A program made the translations under genes and the position numbers. Source: a virus. From it: a DNA stretch of 64,000 nt. Below the pieces are notes generated by a model. That model saw nothing but the letters and a program-made list of their open reading frames with translations, ran no database searches and was not told the origin of the DNA. Where the stretch lies: the IMG/VR virus record IMGVR_UViG_3300021961_000025; one strand, 5' to 3'. Position 1 is the stretch's first letter. Every line of letters begins with the position of its first letter. This document shows, piece after piece, positions 8,327-17,242 of this stretch.

Positions 8327-10597
8327 ATGAAAATTGAGAAAGATTATATTATGAATGAACAAAAAGACCTACTAGCTAAACTACTTGCTACTGAGAACAT
8401 CACTGTCGTTCGAGGTAACGCAAGCACTGCATCCTTTAATACTGAAACACGTGTACTTACTCTTCCACTTTGGAAGGACATGACTCTTGAGCAAGAAGAA
8501 ATGCTTATTGGTCACGAAGTAGGGCATGCTCTTTACACTACCAACGATCACATGGAAGATCTTAAAACTTCTCGTGCGTTGATGTCTTATATGAACGTTA
8601 TTGAAGATGTTCGTATCGAAAAATTAATCAAGAAAAAATATCCTGGATTGAAAAAGTCTTTCAGCGTAGCTTACAAACAGTTACAAGAAAAAGACTTTTT
8701 TGGTATTGCTGATAAAAATCTTAACGATCTTCTGTTCATTGATCGTGCTAATCTTTACTTCAAAGCTGGATTTAACTGTGGTGTTAAATTTAATGTTGAA
8801 GAAACACTTTGGTTGAAAAGAATTGATTCTTGTGATACTATTCACGATGTATATAACCTAGCTGTTGAGTTGTTGGGTTGGACTCGTGAAGAGAGACAAA
8901 AACAAAAAGATTTGTTGGCTCAAAAACTTGCTTCAATGCCACAAATTGATACTGAAGAAGATGATTTTAACGATGATTCATCTAATAATATGTTTGATGA
9001 TCTTGATGAAGATGAAGATTTCGAAGAAGAAGATTCAGATGCTGATGGAGATAGCGATGAGCAAGGTGACGAAGATGGTTCAACAGAGAACGATAGCAAT
9101 GACCAATCGGAGGAGGACACAAAATCTTCTGACGACGCAGAATACAAACCAGCAGATGGAAAAGAATCAACTTCTTATCACTCTGAAAAAAACCAAGCAA
9201 CCCCAGTCGAAGAATTAGATGAGTGTGAGTCTATCACTGATAAAAACCTAAGTGAAAATCTTGCTGAGAAAGCAGACACTTCAGTTGTTTACGCTAACAT
9301 TAAATATGACTCTTCAAACGTTGTATACAATCCAGTTGTTGATTACAAGACTGTTCTTAAAGAATTGCATCAGGCATACAATGGTGGATGGAGAGTAAGA
9401 GACTATAAAGAATTCTTTTCTTCAAGAGAAAAAGATGCTGATAAGTTTTTGAACGACTGTAAAAAAGATGTTGCTTATCTTGTAAAAGAATTTGAAATGA
9501 AAAAGCAAGCATCTCGTTTTGCTCGTGCTCAAACTGCTAAGTCAGGTGAGATCGATGTTAGAAAACTTTATGCTTACAAGCTGAAAGAAGATCTATTCAA
9601 AAGAGTTACTACTTTACCTGATGGCAAAAACCATGGTATGGTAATGTTAGTTGATTGGTCTGGTTCTATGAACCCAACGATGTATGATACTCTTAAACAA
9701 ACAGTCGTTCTTGCGATGTTCTGTGCTAAGATTCAAATCCCTTACAAAGTATTTGCTTTTACCAATGGTAGAAACTTTGGTGAAGACATGTACAAAAAAG
9801 TAAGTGATGCAAAACACCCATTGTGGATTAAAGCAAAAACTGAACACACTTTAATTCCTGATGGATTCCACTTGATTGAATTCTTTACTAATGGTATGAG
9901 ATCAAATGAGTTTAATCAAATGGCTAAGTTTATGATTATTGGACCATTTAATTTCTCTGACGACTATGGTTTGCACTCTACTCCATTGAATGAATCACTA
10001 TGGTATATGCAAGACTATATGGGTAAGTTTATCACAGAGAACAATGTTCAAATCCCAACTTTCATTACTTTGACTGATGGTGAAGGACACTCTCTTCAGA
10101 TCGAAGGACCAGTTGAAAGAACTAAAGAGGGAGATCGTAAGAATGTGAAATATACTTTGATCGATCCTGTGACTAAAAGAGAATACAGAAACTTTAAATA
10201 CGGATCTGATCAAACTAAATCATTATTGAGAATGTTGAAAGATCGATACAACTGTAACATTGTTGGTTTCCATATCTTGAAAAACAACAGACGAGAAATC
10301 TACTCTTTCATTAATCACAATATGAATGCTAAAAATTCAGATGGATTCTATGTTACTGAAAAGATCATTGCTGACTTTAGATCTGGTTTCAGAACAGAGG
10401 GTTTTATGAATGTTGAAACAAACTACAGAGATGCGATGTTTGTAATTGCATCTAACAAACTTAAAATGGTTGAAGACGATCTTAAGGTTACTGGCAAAAT
10501 GACTGTCCACCAGATCGCTCGACAATTCACTAAGCATCTTGATACTAGAAAAACAAGCAAGGTGTTATTGAACCAATTTGTGGGGATGGTAGCATGA
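8327..10597 (+). CDS. CobT-like protein: N-terminal HExxH domain, acidic linker, C-terminal VWA domain
   Basis: GHEVGHAL, NVIEDVRIE, D/E-rich linker, DWSGSM MIDAS, TDGE. Confidence 0.8.
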   Translation: MKIEKDYIMNEQKDLLAKLLATENITVVRGNASTASFNTETRVLTLPLWKDMTLEQEEMLIGHEVGHALYTTNDHMEDLKTSRALMSYMNVIEDVRIEKLIKKKYPGLKKSFSVAYKQLQEKDFFGIADKNLNDLLFIDRANLYFKAGFNCGVKFNVEETLWLKRIDSCDTIHDVYNLAVELLGWTREERQKQKDLLAQKLASMPQIDTEEDDFNDDSSNNMFDDLDEDEDFEEEDSDADGDSDEQGDEDGSTENDSNDQSEEDTKSSDDAEYKPADGKESTSYHSEKNQATPVEELDECESITDKNLSENLAEKADTSVVYANIKYDSSNVVYNPVVDYKTVLKELHQAYNGGWRVRDYKEFFSSREKDADKFLNDCKKDVAYLVKEFEMKKQASRFARAQTAKSGEIDVRKLYAYKLKEDLFKRVTTLPDGKNHGMVMLVDWSGSMNPTMYDTLKQTVVLAMFCAKIQIPYKVFAFTNGRNFGEDMYKKVSDAKHPLWIKAKTEHTLIPDGFHLIEFFTNGMRSNEFNQMAKFMIIGPFNFSDDYGLHSTPLNESLWYMQDYMGKFITENNVQIPTFITLTDGEGHSLQIEGPVERTKEGDRKNVKYTLIDPVTKREYRNFKYGSDQTKSLLRMLKDRYNCNIVGFHILKNNRREIYSFINHNMNAKNSDGFYVTEKIIADFRSGFRTEGFMNVETNYRDAMFVIASNKLKMVEDDLKVTGKMTVHQIARQFTKHLDTRKTSKVLLNQFVGMVA

Positions 10598-10932
10598 CAA
10601 CAAATCTAGAAGAACTAACAAGAACTCCAGAAGAACAAAAGATCTTCGAACGTATCAAACAACGAAGATCTCAGATGCTGGTGCACTCTTGTTTATATTA
10701 TCAATTAGATACATCTATCGTTACGGATGGACAATGGCAAGAATGGGCAGACGAACTTACTCAATTACAAAAAGATCATCCTAGACTCTGTGAGGGTATG
10801 GGATGGTATGATGAATACTTTAGGGATTGGAGTGGTGCAACAGGTATGCATCTACCTCATAGGGATCCTTGGGTGCTTAAAACAGCTACTTATTTGAAAG
10901 AAAACCAAGAAAAGACGACTAATACCCTTTAA
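10594..10932 (+). CDS. stand-alone domain resembling the NAD-dependent DNA ligase N-terminal (Ia) domain
   Basis: YYQLDTSIVTDGQWQEWADELTQLQKDHP resembles the LigA YY..D.P.ISD..YD.L..EL..LE..HP pattern. Confidence 0.55.
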   Translation: MTTNLEELTRTPEEQKIFERIKQRRSQMLVHSCLYYQLDTSIVTDGQWQEWADELTQLQKDHPRLCEGMGWYDEYFRDWSGATGMHLPHRDPWVLKTATYLKENQEKTTNTL

Positions 10933-11002
10933 ATTAGTAGGGTTATTGCCTAAAATGTTGATTTTACAAGCAAAAAAAGATGAAAAAAACCTCAAATAAG
11001 TG

Positions 11003-11031
11003 TTGACTTTCTGCAAGATTTATGCTATAAT
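11003..11031 (+). promoter_or_regulatory. early promoter
   Basis: TTGACT-N17-TATAAT; stem-loop upstream at about 10921-10947. Confidence 0.85.
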
Positions 11032-11044
11032 AGTCGTATAAATT

Positions 11045-11452
11045 ATGAAGAAAGGTGAAAACATTATGACAATCGAACCAAAAATGCTTGAACAAATTGA
11101 GAAAACTTTTGATAAAATGAGACACTCTTACAGAACTTGGGGTAAGAGAACTGGCGATCCAGTAAGAGATCAAATTAGAGATGAGATGGCTGAACAGTAC
11201 TGTAACAATCTCTCGTTCGAAGATGGTCGTGCTTATATTAGATTGGTTTCTTTCAATGGTACACAAAGAACTGTGCAAGGATTTATTCTTAAGAAAATGA
11301 CTCCAGCGATTGAAAGACTTAACAAAGGTTTTAAAGTTGGCGATCTTTTAAAAGCAGCAGGATGGAATTCCCCTGCAATGAATTTCCCAAGAGGTAACGT
11401 TTTCGATGAGTCGTTCGAGACTCAAGAAATCAGATGGACAGGGATCCAATAA
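11045..11452 (+). CDS. early hypothetical protein
   Basis: GDLLKAAGWNSPA...RGNVF motif typical of phage early proteins. Confidence 0.6.
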   Translation: MKKGENIMTIEPKMLEQIEKTFDKMRHSYRTWGKRTGDPVRDQIRDEMAEQYCNNLSFEDGRAYIRLVSFNGTQRTVQGFILKKMTPAIERLNKGFKVGDLLKAAGWNSPAMNFPRGNVFDESFETQEIRWTGIQ

Positions 11453-11478
11453 AAATGAAATTTTCTTGCAGAAAAGTG

Positions 11479-11507
11479 TTGACTTTCTGCAAGAACTGTA
11501 GTATAAT
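11479..11507 (+). promoter_or_regulatory. early promoter
   Basis: TTGACT-N17-TATAAT. Confidence 0.85.
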
Positions 11508-11520
11508 ATACGTATAAATT

Positions 11521-12696
11521 ATGAAACAAAAGGTGAAAAATATGATGGCAAAAAAAGATGAAATGTTCTTGAACTCATTGTTTGAGATCTTCCCTGATGT
11601 AAAAACTTCAGGTACTGTTACAAGAAATCAAATTCTTGAAACTATGAAAAAAACTAAGACAACTGGATCTATGAATTGGTTGATGACTAACAAAGTTTCT
11701 CGAGGATTGTACGCAATTCCTGGTGGTAACTTTAACACTGCTCCTGCGATTGAAGCAGATGTAGTTAAGCCAACCATCGTTGATTCGTTGGACTCTTCTT
11801 CTCTTGTTCCAAAGAGAGACACTAACTACGTACCATTTGGTAACTACAAAGATCTTGAGACAATCATTACCTCAAAGATGTTTTACCCAGTCTATGTTTC
11901 TGGACCAACTGGTAATGGTAAATCTACAACTGTAGAACAAATTTGCGCTAAGCACAAGACTCCATTGATTAGGGTGAACTTGAATACAATGACTGACGAA
12001 GATCAGTTGATTGGTTCAAAAACTCTTGTTGATGGTAACGTTCAAATCGTTGAAGGACCAGTCGTCCTTGCGATGAGATTGGGTATTCCTCTATTGCTCG
12101 ATGAGATCGATGCAGGTGGTGCGAATACACTTCTTTGCTTACAACCAATTCTTGAGGGTAAACCATTCTACTTCAAATTGAAGAATGAAATGATTATCCC
12201 TGCAACTGGATTTAATATTTTCGCTACTGCCAACACAAAGGGTAAAGGTAGCGACGATGGAAGATACATTGGTACGAACGTACTCAATGAAGCATTCCTG
12301 GAAAGATTCGCAGTGACTTTCAATCAAGACTATCCTTCTGCTAATATTGAGAAGAAGATCGTCGTGAATTTGATGAATCACTACGGATGTGTGAATCTTG
12401 AATACGCTGATACACTTGTTAAGTGGGCAGATGTTATTCGTAAGACTTTCGATGCTGGTGGTGTTGATGAAACAATTACCACTCGTCGATTGGTACATAT
12501 CGTGAGAGCATTCTCGATCTTCAAGAATGAGAAGAAAGCGATCGAGTTATGTACGAATAGGTTTGACGATGCTACTCGTCTTGCCTTTATCGACCTGTTC
12601 GACAAAGTTTCTAGTGGTGAGGAAGGAACTGAGGTATCTACGGATACTTCAGCACCGACTGCAGAAACCCAAGAACAAGAATCAGTAGCAATCTAA
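11521..12696 (+). CDS. cobS: CobS/MoxR-like AAA+ ATPase
   Basis: GPTGNGKST, LLLDEID, ATANTKGKG, NEAFLERF, TTRRLVH. Confidence 0.9.
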   Translation: MKQKVKNMMAKKDEMFLNSLFEIFPDVKTSGTVTRNQILETMKKTKTTGSMNWLMTNKVSRGLYAIPGGNFNTAPAIEADVVKPTIVDSLDSSSLVPKRDTNYVPFGNYKDLETIITSKMFYPVYVSGPTGNGKSTTVEQICAKHKTPLIRVNLNTMTDEDQLIGSKTLVDGNVQIVEGPVVLAMRLGIPLLLDEIDAGGANTLLCLQPILEGKPFYFKLKNEMIIPATGFNIFATANTKGKGSDDGRYIGTNVLNEAFLERFAVTFNQDYPSANIEKKIVVNLMNHYGCVNLEYADTLVKWADVIRKTFDAGGVDETITTRRLVHIVRAFSIFKNEKKAIELCTNRFDDATRLAFIDLFDKVSSGEEGTEVSTDTSAPTAETQEQESVAI

Positions 12697-12713
12697 ACTT
12701 AGGAGAATATAAA

Positions 12714-13109
12714 ATGTTGACTTATGATAAATTGACCAAGACTCAAAAGAAGTGGGTTGATACTATTGCTACAGTATATCCAAAACTAGCTAATGGTGGA
12801 ACTATTTCTTTAAAAGAATGCTGGTCTGCTGCAATGAAGTTGAAAGCTGAGAGATCAAATGGTGGAGTGAAAGTGGGTTATCCTAACTGGCTCTTCAAGA
12901 CTAATAAGATTTCGTCTGGTGTATACTTCTTTCCTGCTAATGGAGCAAATCCTGAGCAGTACGTGAAGCAAGCACAGGCTACAAAATTGCAATCGAGTTT
13001 GGCTTCAAAACCAACTCAAGCAATCAACTCTAAAGAGGATGAAGAATTCTTTGCAGAGTTGGCAGAAAATGGTATCGATGTTAAAACATCTGCTACTGTT
13101 GCTGCATAA
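12714..13109 (+). CDS. hypothetical early protein
   Basis: AGGAGA SD; YPNWL...K...GVYFFP resembles the N-terminal domain of the preceding AAA+ protein (NWLM.NKVSRGLYAIP). Confidence 0.6.
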   Translation: MLTYDKLTKTQKKWVDTIATVYPKLANGGTISLKECWSAAMKLKAERSNGGVKVGYPNWLFKTNKISSGVYFFPANGANPEQYVKQAQATKLQSSLASKPTQAINSKEDEEFFAELAENGIDVKTSATVAA

Positions 13110-13143
13110 TTCATTTCTGATTCTGACCCAGAGATGAATCCTT

Positions 13144-13181
13144 TCCAGTGGCGAACGCCATCTCGCCACTGGATCTTTTTT
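13144..13181 (+). terminator. intrinsic terminator
   Basis: TCCAGTGGCGA...TCGCCACTGGA followed by a T run. Confidence 0.8.
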
Positions 13182-13198
13182 ATTGGCAAAACTAAATT

Positions 13199-13336
13199 AT
13201 GAAAACTATGAAATATACTAGAAACAAATTAGAACGAAAACTGGATGAGTACAATCATACAATGGAATTGATTAGAACGATCGTTCCTATTGCAGTACTT
13301 GTAATACAAATCTTTATCTTGGTGAAATTAATATGA
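13199..13336 (+). CDS. small membrane protein (45 aa, not in ORF track)
   Basis: MKTMKYTRNKLERKLDEYNHTMELIRTIVPIAVLVIQIFILVKLI*. Confidence 0.5.
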   Translation: MKTMKYTRNKLERKLDEYNHTMELIRTIVPIAVLVIQIFILVKLI

Positions 13337-13713
13337 GCGAACCTATCTTCCAAAAAGATTTATTCTTTGATGACTCATTTGCTTTGCAAGAAGAATCAAA
13401 GTATACTATAGGTATGAGTGATAAAATAACTTATAAATTTGACGAGAAAAATCTAATCAACGAACTACAGAAGTATGTTGATAAAACTTATTCTGGTCAC
13501 TATAGTAAAAACAAGTTTCAATCGACTGAGTTTATCATCGATTGTGGTCATGGCATGGGATTTGCGTTAGGCAATGTGTTGAAATATACTCAGAGGTATG
13601 GCAAGAAAGATGGATTTAATCGAGCCGATCTTATGAAGATTCTACATTATGCATTAATTGCTCTACACGTACATGACACTACTAACAACAGCGAAAACAA
13701 GGAGAACTTATAA
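13333..13713 (+). CDS. DUF3310-like / T7 gp1.7-like nucleotide kinase family (start may be 13414)
   Basis: HY...FQSTEFI...GFALGNVLKY..RYGKK...DLMKILHY; internal TGCAA-N12-TATACT promoter at 13385-13407. Confidence 0.6.
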   Translation: MSEPIFQKDLFFDDSFALQEESKYTIGMSDKITYKFDEKNLINELQKYVDKTYSGHYSKNKFQSTEFIIDCGHGMGFALGNVLKYTQRYGKKDGFNRADLMKILHYALIALHVHDTTNNSENKENL

Positions 13714-14375
13714 TGAAGTTTAGTAAAGAAACCCAAGCCATTCTAAAGAACTTTGCTGGTATCAACAGCAATCTTCTTTTGAAAGAAGGCAATAAACTGA
13801 GCACAATCAGTGCACAGAAAAACGTAATGGCGACTACGACCATTGCAGAAACATTCAATAAAGATTTTGGTATCTATGACTTGAATGAATTTCTAGGAGC
13901 GATGTCTCTATTTGAAGATCCAGATTTGGAATTTTCAGATAAATATGTAGCAATTAAAAATGGTAAATCATCCATTAAATACTTTGCTGCAGATCCATCA
14001 GTATTGGTTGCACCAACTAAGGATAGTCTTCCAGTAGATGCTGAAGTAGAATTCGATTTGTCTGGCGAACAGCTAGGTATGATTCTTAAAACTGCATCTG
14101 TATTGCGTGCGAATGACGTAGCGATTGTTGCTGAAGATGGTAAACAAAAAGTTATCGTAGGCGATAAGAAAAATGCTACTGCGAACTCTTATGAGTTTGA
14201 CATTGGTGAAGACGATCGTAACTACCGAATCAACATTCGTGTTGAGAATCTAAAAATGGTAATTACAGATTACACAGTAAGTGTTTCAAGCAAGAGGATC
14301 TCTAAATTCTCAGCGAAGAAATCTGATCTTACATATTACGTGGCGATTGAAGCAGACACAAAGTTTAGCAGTTAA
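13713..14375 (+). CDS. 45: sliding clamp
   Basis: MKFSKET..ILKNFAGIN, FGIYDLNEFL, YYVAIE; synteny 45-44-62-regA. Confidence 0.95.
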   Translation: MKFSKETQAILKNFAGINSNLLLKEGNKLSTISAQKNVMATTTIAETFNKDFGIYDLNEFLGAMSLFEDPDLEFSDKYVAIKNGKSSIKYFAADPSVLVAPTKDSLPVDAEVEFDLSGEQLGMILKTASVLRANDVAIVAEDGKQKVIVGDKKNATANSYEFDIGEDDRNYRINIRVENLKMVITDYTVSVSSKRISKFSAKKSDLTYYVAIEADTKFSS

Positions 14376-14406
14376 TCCCACTCAACATACATTATGAGGT
14401 AAGCGA

Positions 14407-15345
14407 ATGAGTGATCAATATCTATGGGTTGAGAAGTATCGTCCATCTAAAATAGATGAATGTATACTTCCTCAATCTCTCAAAAATACTTTCCACGAGT
14501 TTATTCAAACTGGACAACTACCGAACTTCTTGTTCTGTGGTGGTGCTGGTGTGGGTAAAACTACTGTGGCAAAGGCATTGTGTAACGAAATCGGTGCGGA
14601 ATATCTTTTTATTAATGGCTCGGAAGAATCAGGTATTGATGTTCTTCGAACTAAGATTAAAAGTTTTGCGTCATCTGTTTCACTAACTGATGCACGAAAG
14701 GTAGTTATTCTCGATGAGGCTGATTACCTAAATGCAAATTCAACCCAACCTGCGTTGCGAGGGTTCATTGAAGAATTCTCTGCGAACTGTCGTTTCATCT
14801 TCACCTGTAACTTTAAAAATCGTATTATTGAACCACTACACAGTCGTTGTTCGGTAGTAGAGTTTAAGATTCCAGGACAAGAGAAACCTGCAGTTGCCAC
14901 TGCTTTCTTTAAACGTGTTGTTGAAATCCTTAAAACTGAGGGTATCGAGCATGATCAAAAAGCAGTAGCGAGTCTTGTGGAGCGATATTTCCCTGACTTC
15001 CGTAGAGTGTTGAATGAACTTCAGCGATATTCGGTAAGTGGTACAATCGACAGTGGCGTCCTAGTAAATACCTCTGACGAATCGTATACTAATCTCTTTA
15101 AACTTCTGAAGGAAAAGAACTTCACAGAAGTCCGTAAATGGATTGCTAAAAATTCAGATCTAGATACAACAGCTTTGTTTAGCGAGTTGTTCAATAAAAG
15201 TAATGATTATCTTGTACCAGAATCGATTCCTCAATTGGTTTTGATTCTTGCAGACTATCAATACAAAGCAGCATTTGTTGCAGACCACGATCTGAATAAG
15301 ACTGCAGCATTTACAGAGATTATGGCTAACTGTAAGTTTAAGTAG
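14407..15345 (+). CDS. 44: clamp loader large subunit
   Basis: LWVEKYRP, GVGKTT, ILDEADYL, PLHSRC. Confidence 0.97.
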   Translation: MSDQYLWVEKYRPSKIDECILPQSLKNTFHEFIQTGQLPNFLFCGGAGVGKTTVAKALCNEIGAEYLFINGSEESGIDVLRTKIKSFASSVSLTDARKVVILDEADYLNANSTQPALRGFIEEFSANCRFIFTCNFKNRIIEPLHSRCSVVEFKIPGQEKPAVATAFFKRVVEILKTEGIEHDQKAVASLVERYFPDFRRVLNELQRYSVSGTIDSGVLVNTSDESYTNLFKLLKEKNFTEVRKWIAKNSDLDTTALFSELFNKSNDYLVPESIPQLVLILADYQYKAAFVADHDLNKTAAFTEIMANCKFK

Positions 15346-15355
15346 GGGAGTTAAT

Positions 15356-15742
15356 ATGGCTAGTCCCTTTGACTTCCTTAATAGTATAAACTCTACCAAG
15401 AAAAACCTATTAGAAGAGGATCCACTTGCAATAAAAAACTATACACCATTTATGGTGAATAGAGGATTATCTTATTTCCCAGATACAGTATTATATGCGA
15501 ACGAAATGAATCGCTTTATCGAGATTCCTCGTGAATGGCAATTTTCATTTTTACTAAATACTATTACCAGAAGAAAACGATATTCGAAATGGTTCAAAGC
15601 TGATGCCAAAACGAAAGAAATTGAACTGGTGATGGAATACTATGGGTATTCCACCGAGAAAGCAAGGAATGTTGTTGATTTGTTAACTGAAGATCAATTG
15701 CTTGCTATTGAAGAAAAACTTAATAAAGGTGGAAAGAAATAA
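15356..15742 (+). CDS. 62: clamp loader small subunit
   Basis: PFDFLNSIN, YTPFMVNRGLS, YYGYS.EKA. Confidence 0.93.
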   Translation: MASPFDFLNSINSTKKNLLEEDPLAIKNYTPFMVNRGLSYFPDTVLYANEMNRFIEIPREWQFSFLLNTITRRKRYSKWFKADAKTKEIELVMEYYGYSTEKARNVVDLLTEDQLLAIEEKLNKGGKK

Positions 15743-15743
15743 A

Positions 15744-16160
15744 ATGTCTAATGAGATGATCTATTACGATTGGACTCCTGAGTCCATGCTTGAAGTGAGT
15801 CTACCTGAACCAGATAATTTTCTAAAGGTCAGAGAAACACTAACAAGAATTGGCATTGCGTCAAGAACCGATAAGAAACTTTATCAATCTTGTCACATTT
15901 TGCATAAACAAGGACGATACTTCATCGTTCATTTTAAAGAACTATTTGCTCTTGATGGTAAAGAGTCAAATATTACTATAAATGATGTTGAACGTCGTAA
16001 CACTATTGCTAATCTTCTGTCAGATTGGAATCTATTAAAAGTTATGGATTCTACTAAGGCAGAACCTAAAGCATCCCTATCACAAATCAAAGTGTTAACG
16101 CACAAAGAAAAAGGTGAGTGGGAACTTGTACCGAAATATAATATCGGTAAAAAGAAGTAA
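15744..16160 (+). CDS. regA: translational repressor RegA
   Basis: DNFLKVRETLTRIGIAS, LYQSCHILHKQGRYFIVHFKELF. Confidence 0.97.
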   Translation: MSNEMIYYDWTPESMLEVSLPEPDNFLKVRETLTRIGIASRTDKKLYQSCHILHKQGRYFIVHFKELFALDGKESNITINDVERRNTIANLLSDWNLLKVMDSTKAEPKASLSQIKVLTHKEKGEWELVPKYNIGKKK

Positions 16161-16163
16161 AAC

Positions 16164-16302
16164 CATTAGGTGAAACTAATGAATTCCCTTAGTTGTTTTT
16201 GAGGGTTGTTGTACTAAGTATTAATGTACTCATTTTGAGTGCGCTCCTCAATCGAGATCTGCTTCGGCTCTCTCGAGATATGTGAGAAACATTTTTAGGA
16301 GA
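16164..16302 (+). ncRNA. candidate structured 5' leader of pqqA
   Basis: Four hairpins, including a TCGAGA/TCTCGA stem capped by GC-TTCG-GC. Confidence 0.4.
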
Positions 16303-16309
16303 TAATACC

Positions 16310-16381
16310 ATGTGGACAAAACCAACAGCAACTGAAATGCGTTTCGGATTTGAAATTACTATGTACGTATGTAACAAGTAA
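16310..16381 (+). CDS. pqqA: pyrroloquinoline quinone precursor peptide PqqA (23 aa, not in ORF track)
   Basis: MWTKPTATEMRFGFEITMYVCNK*: MWxKP start and GFExTMY core with E-x3-Y; AGGAGA SD at 16297-16302. Confidence 0.93.
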   Translation: MWTKPTATEMRFGFEITMYVCNK

Positions 16382-16502
16382 TTACAAGGTATTCCAAAAA
16401 CGAATACCAACCGAGCGAAAAAAGAATACTTTAGGGACTTGACATTTTATGAAGAGTCCCTAAATATACCTGTATAGAATATGATTGTATTCTATGCAAA
16501 CC

Positions 16503-16556
16503 CCAGATGCCCTTGTGGATCTGGTTTTTATAAACAAACCTTGCTTAATAAGGAGG
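16503..16556 (+). promoter_or_regulatory. ROSE-like RNA thermometer
   Basis: CCAGAT/ATCTGG hairpin, then CTTGCTT-AAT-AAGGAG pairing the SD with a bulged G (UYGCU motif); upstream of the hsp20 operon. Confidence 0.55.
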
Positions 16557-16563
16557 CAATACT

Positions 16564-16755
16564 ATGTTGAACTATATCAACAACACTCTGGACAGCATTT
16601 CAACTGCTGCCAAAAAATTTGTCGAAACATTTACTTTCGACAGCAAACTAAAATCAATCGCCCACGATCAGATCGATGCTAATACTGCATATGCGAAAGC
16701 TACTGCACGTGTTACCGATACAGTTGTATCTGAATTTGCGAAAGGAGTAAAATAA
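16564..16755 (+). CDS. small amphipathic helical protein (phasin-like?)
   Basis: Strong SD; cotranscribed with hsp20. Confidence 0.5.
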   Translation: MLNYINNTLDSISTAAKKFVETFTFDSKLKSIAHDQIDANTAYAKATARVTDTVVSEFAKGVK

Positions 16756-16756
16756 T

Positions 16757-17200
16757 ATGACACTCCCTAGCATTTTTGGAAACTTCAAAGACTTTGATCG
16801 AGTATGGGTTGGATTTGATGAGCAATTAGAAAGAATGCACGAGATGCATGATATGATTGCTAAAAACATTCCCAACTATCCACCTTATAATCTTAAGAAA
16901 GTGGATGAAAACAAATACGTCATCGAGATGGCAGTAGCTGGCTTTGCAAAAAGCGACATCGAAGTAACAATCGATGATGGCAAACTGATCATCGAAGGTA
17001 AAGTAAAAGAAGACACTGAGGACAAAAAAGATGAACTATTCCTATTTCAAGGTCTAGCAAATCGTGCGTTCAAACGTGCCTTTACATTATCTGATCACAT
17101 CGAGATCAATAATGCAGAATATCTAAATGGTATTCTAAAAGTAGTCTTGGAAAAAGTAATTCCAGAACACAAAAAACCTAAGAAGATCGACGTTAAGTAA
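16757..17200 (+). CDS. hsp20: small heat shock protein Hsp20 (IbpA-like)
   Basis: NYPPYNL, IEMAVAGF, GLANRAFKRAF, A.YLNGIL, PEHKKPKKI. Confidence 0.95.
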   Translation: MTLPSIFGNFKDFDRVWVGFDEQLERMHEMHDMIAKNIPNYPPYNLKKVDENKYVIEMAVAGFAKSDIEVTIDDGKLIIEGKVKEDTEDKKDELFLFQGLANRAFKRAFTLSDHIEINNAEYLNGILKVVLEKVIPEHKKPKKIDVK

Positions 17201-17210
17201 ATCTTAATTT

Positions 17211-17242
17211 GGAGGTGGGGAGTTCGCTCCCCATCTCTTTTT
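17211..17242 (+). terminator. intrinsic terminator
   Basis: GAGGTGGGGAG-TTCG-CTCCCCATCTC followed by TTTT. Confidence 0.85.

Noticed and set aside
8940-9150. GAT/GAA-rich low-complexity tract resembling a repeat array
   Set aside because: Encodes the acidic linker of the CobT-like protein; no discrete repeat unit
7864-11507. Recurring AAGTGTTGACTTT sequence as a possible CRISPR or att repeat
   Set aside because: Irregular kb-scale spacing, and each copy is a -35 box with a -10 downstream; no cas or integrase genes
8327-12696. Cobalamin biosynthesis (cobS/cobT)
   Set aside because: No cobN or other cob genes in the window; better read as a generic AAA+/VWA pair
16189-16410. Minus-strand 73-aa ORF
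   Set aside because: It is antisense to pqqA and its leader; the + strand peptide has an SD and a family motif
16439-16467. TTGACA as a sigma70 -35 for the hsp20 operon
   Set aside because: No good -10 at 17 bp; CTAAATA late promoter is the simpler reading
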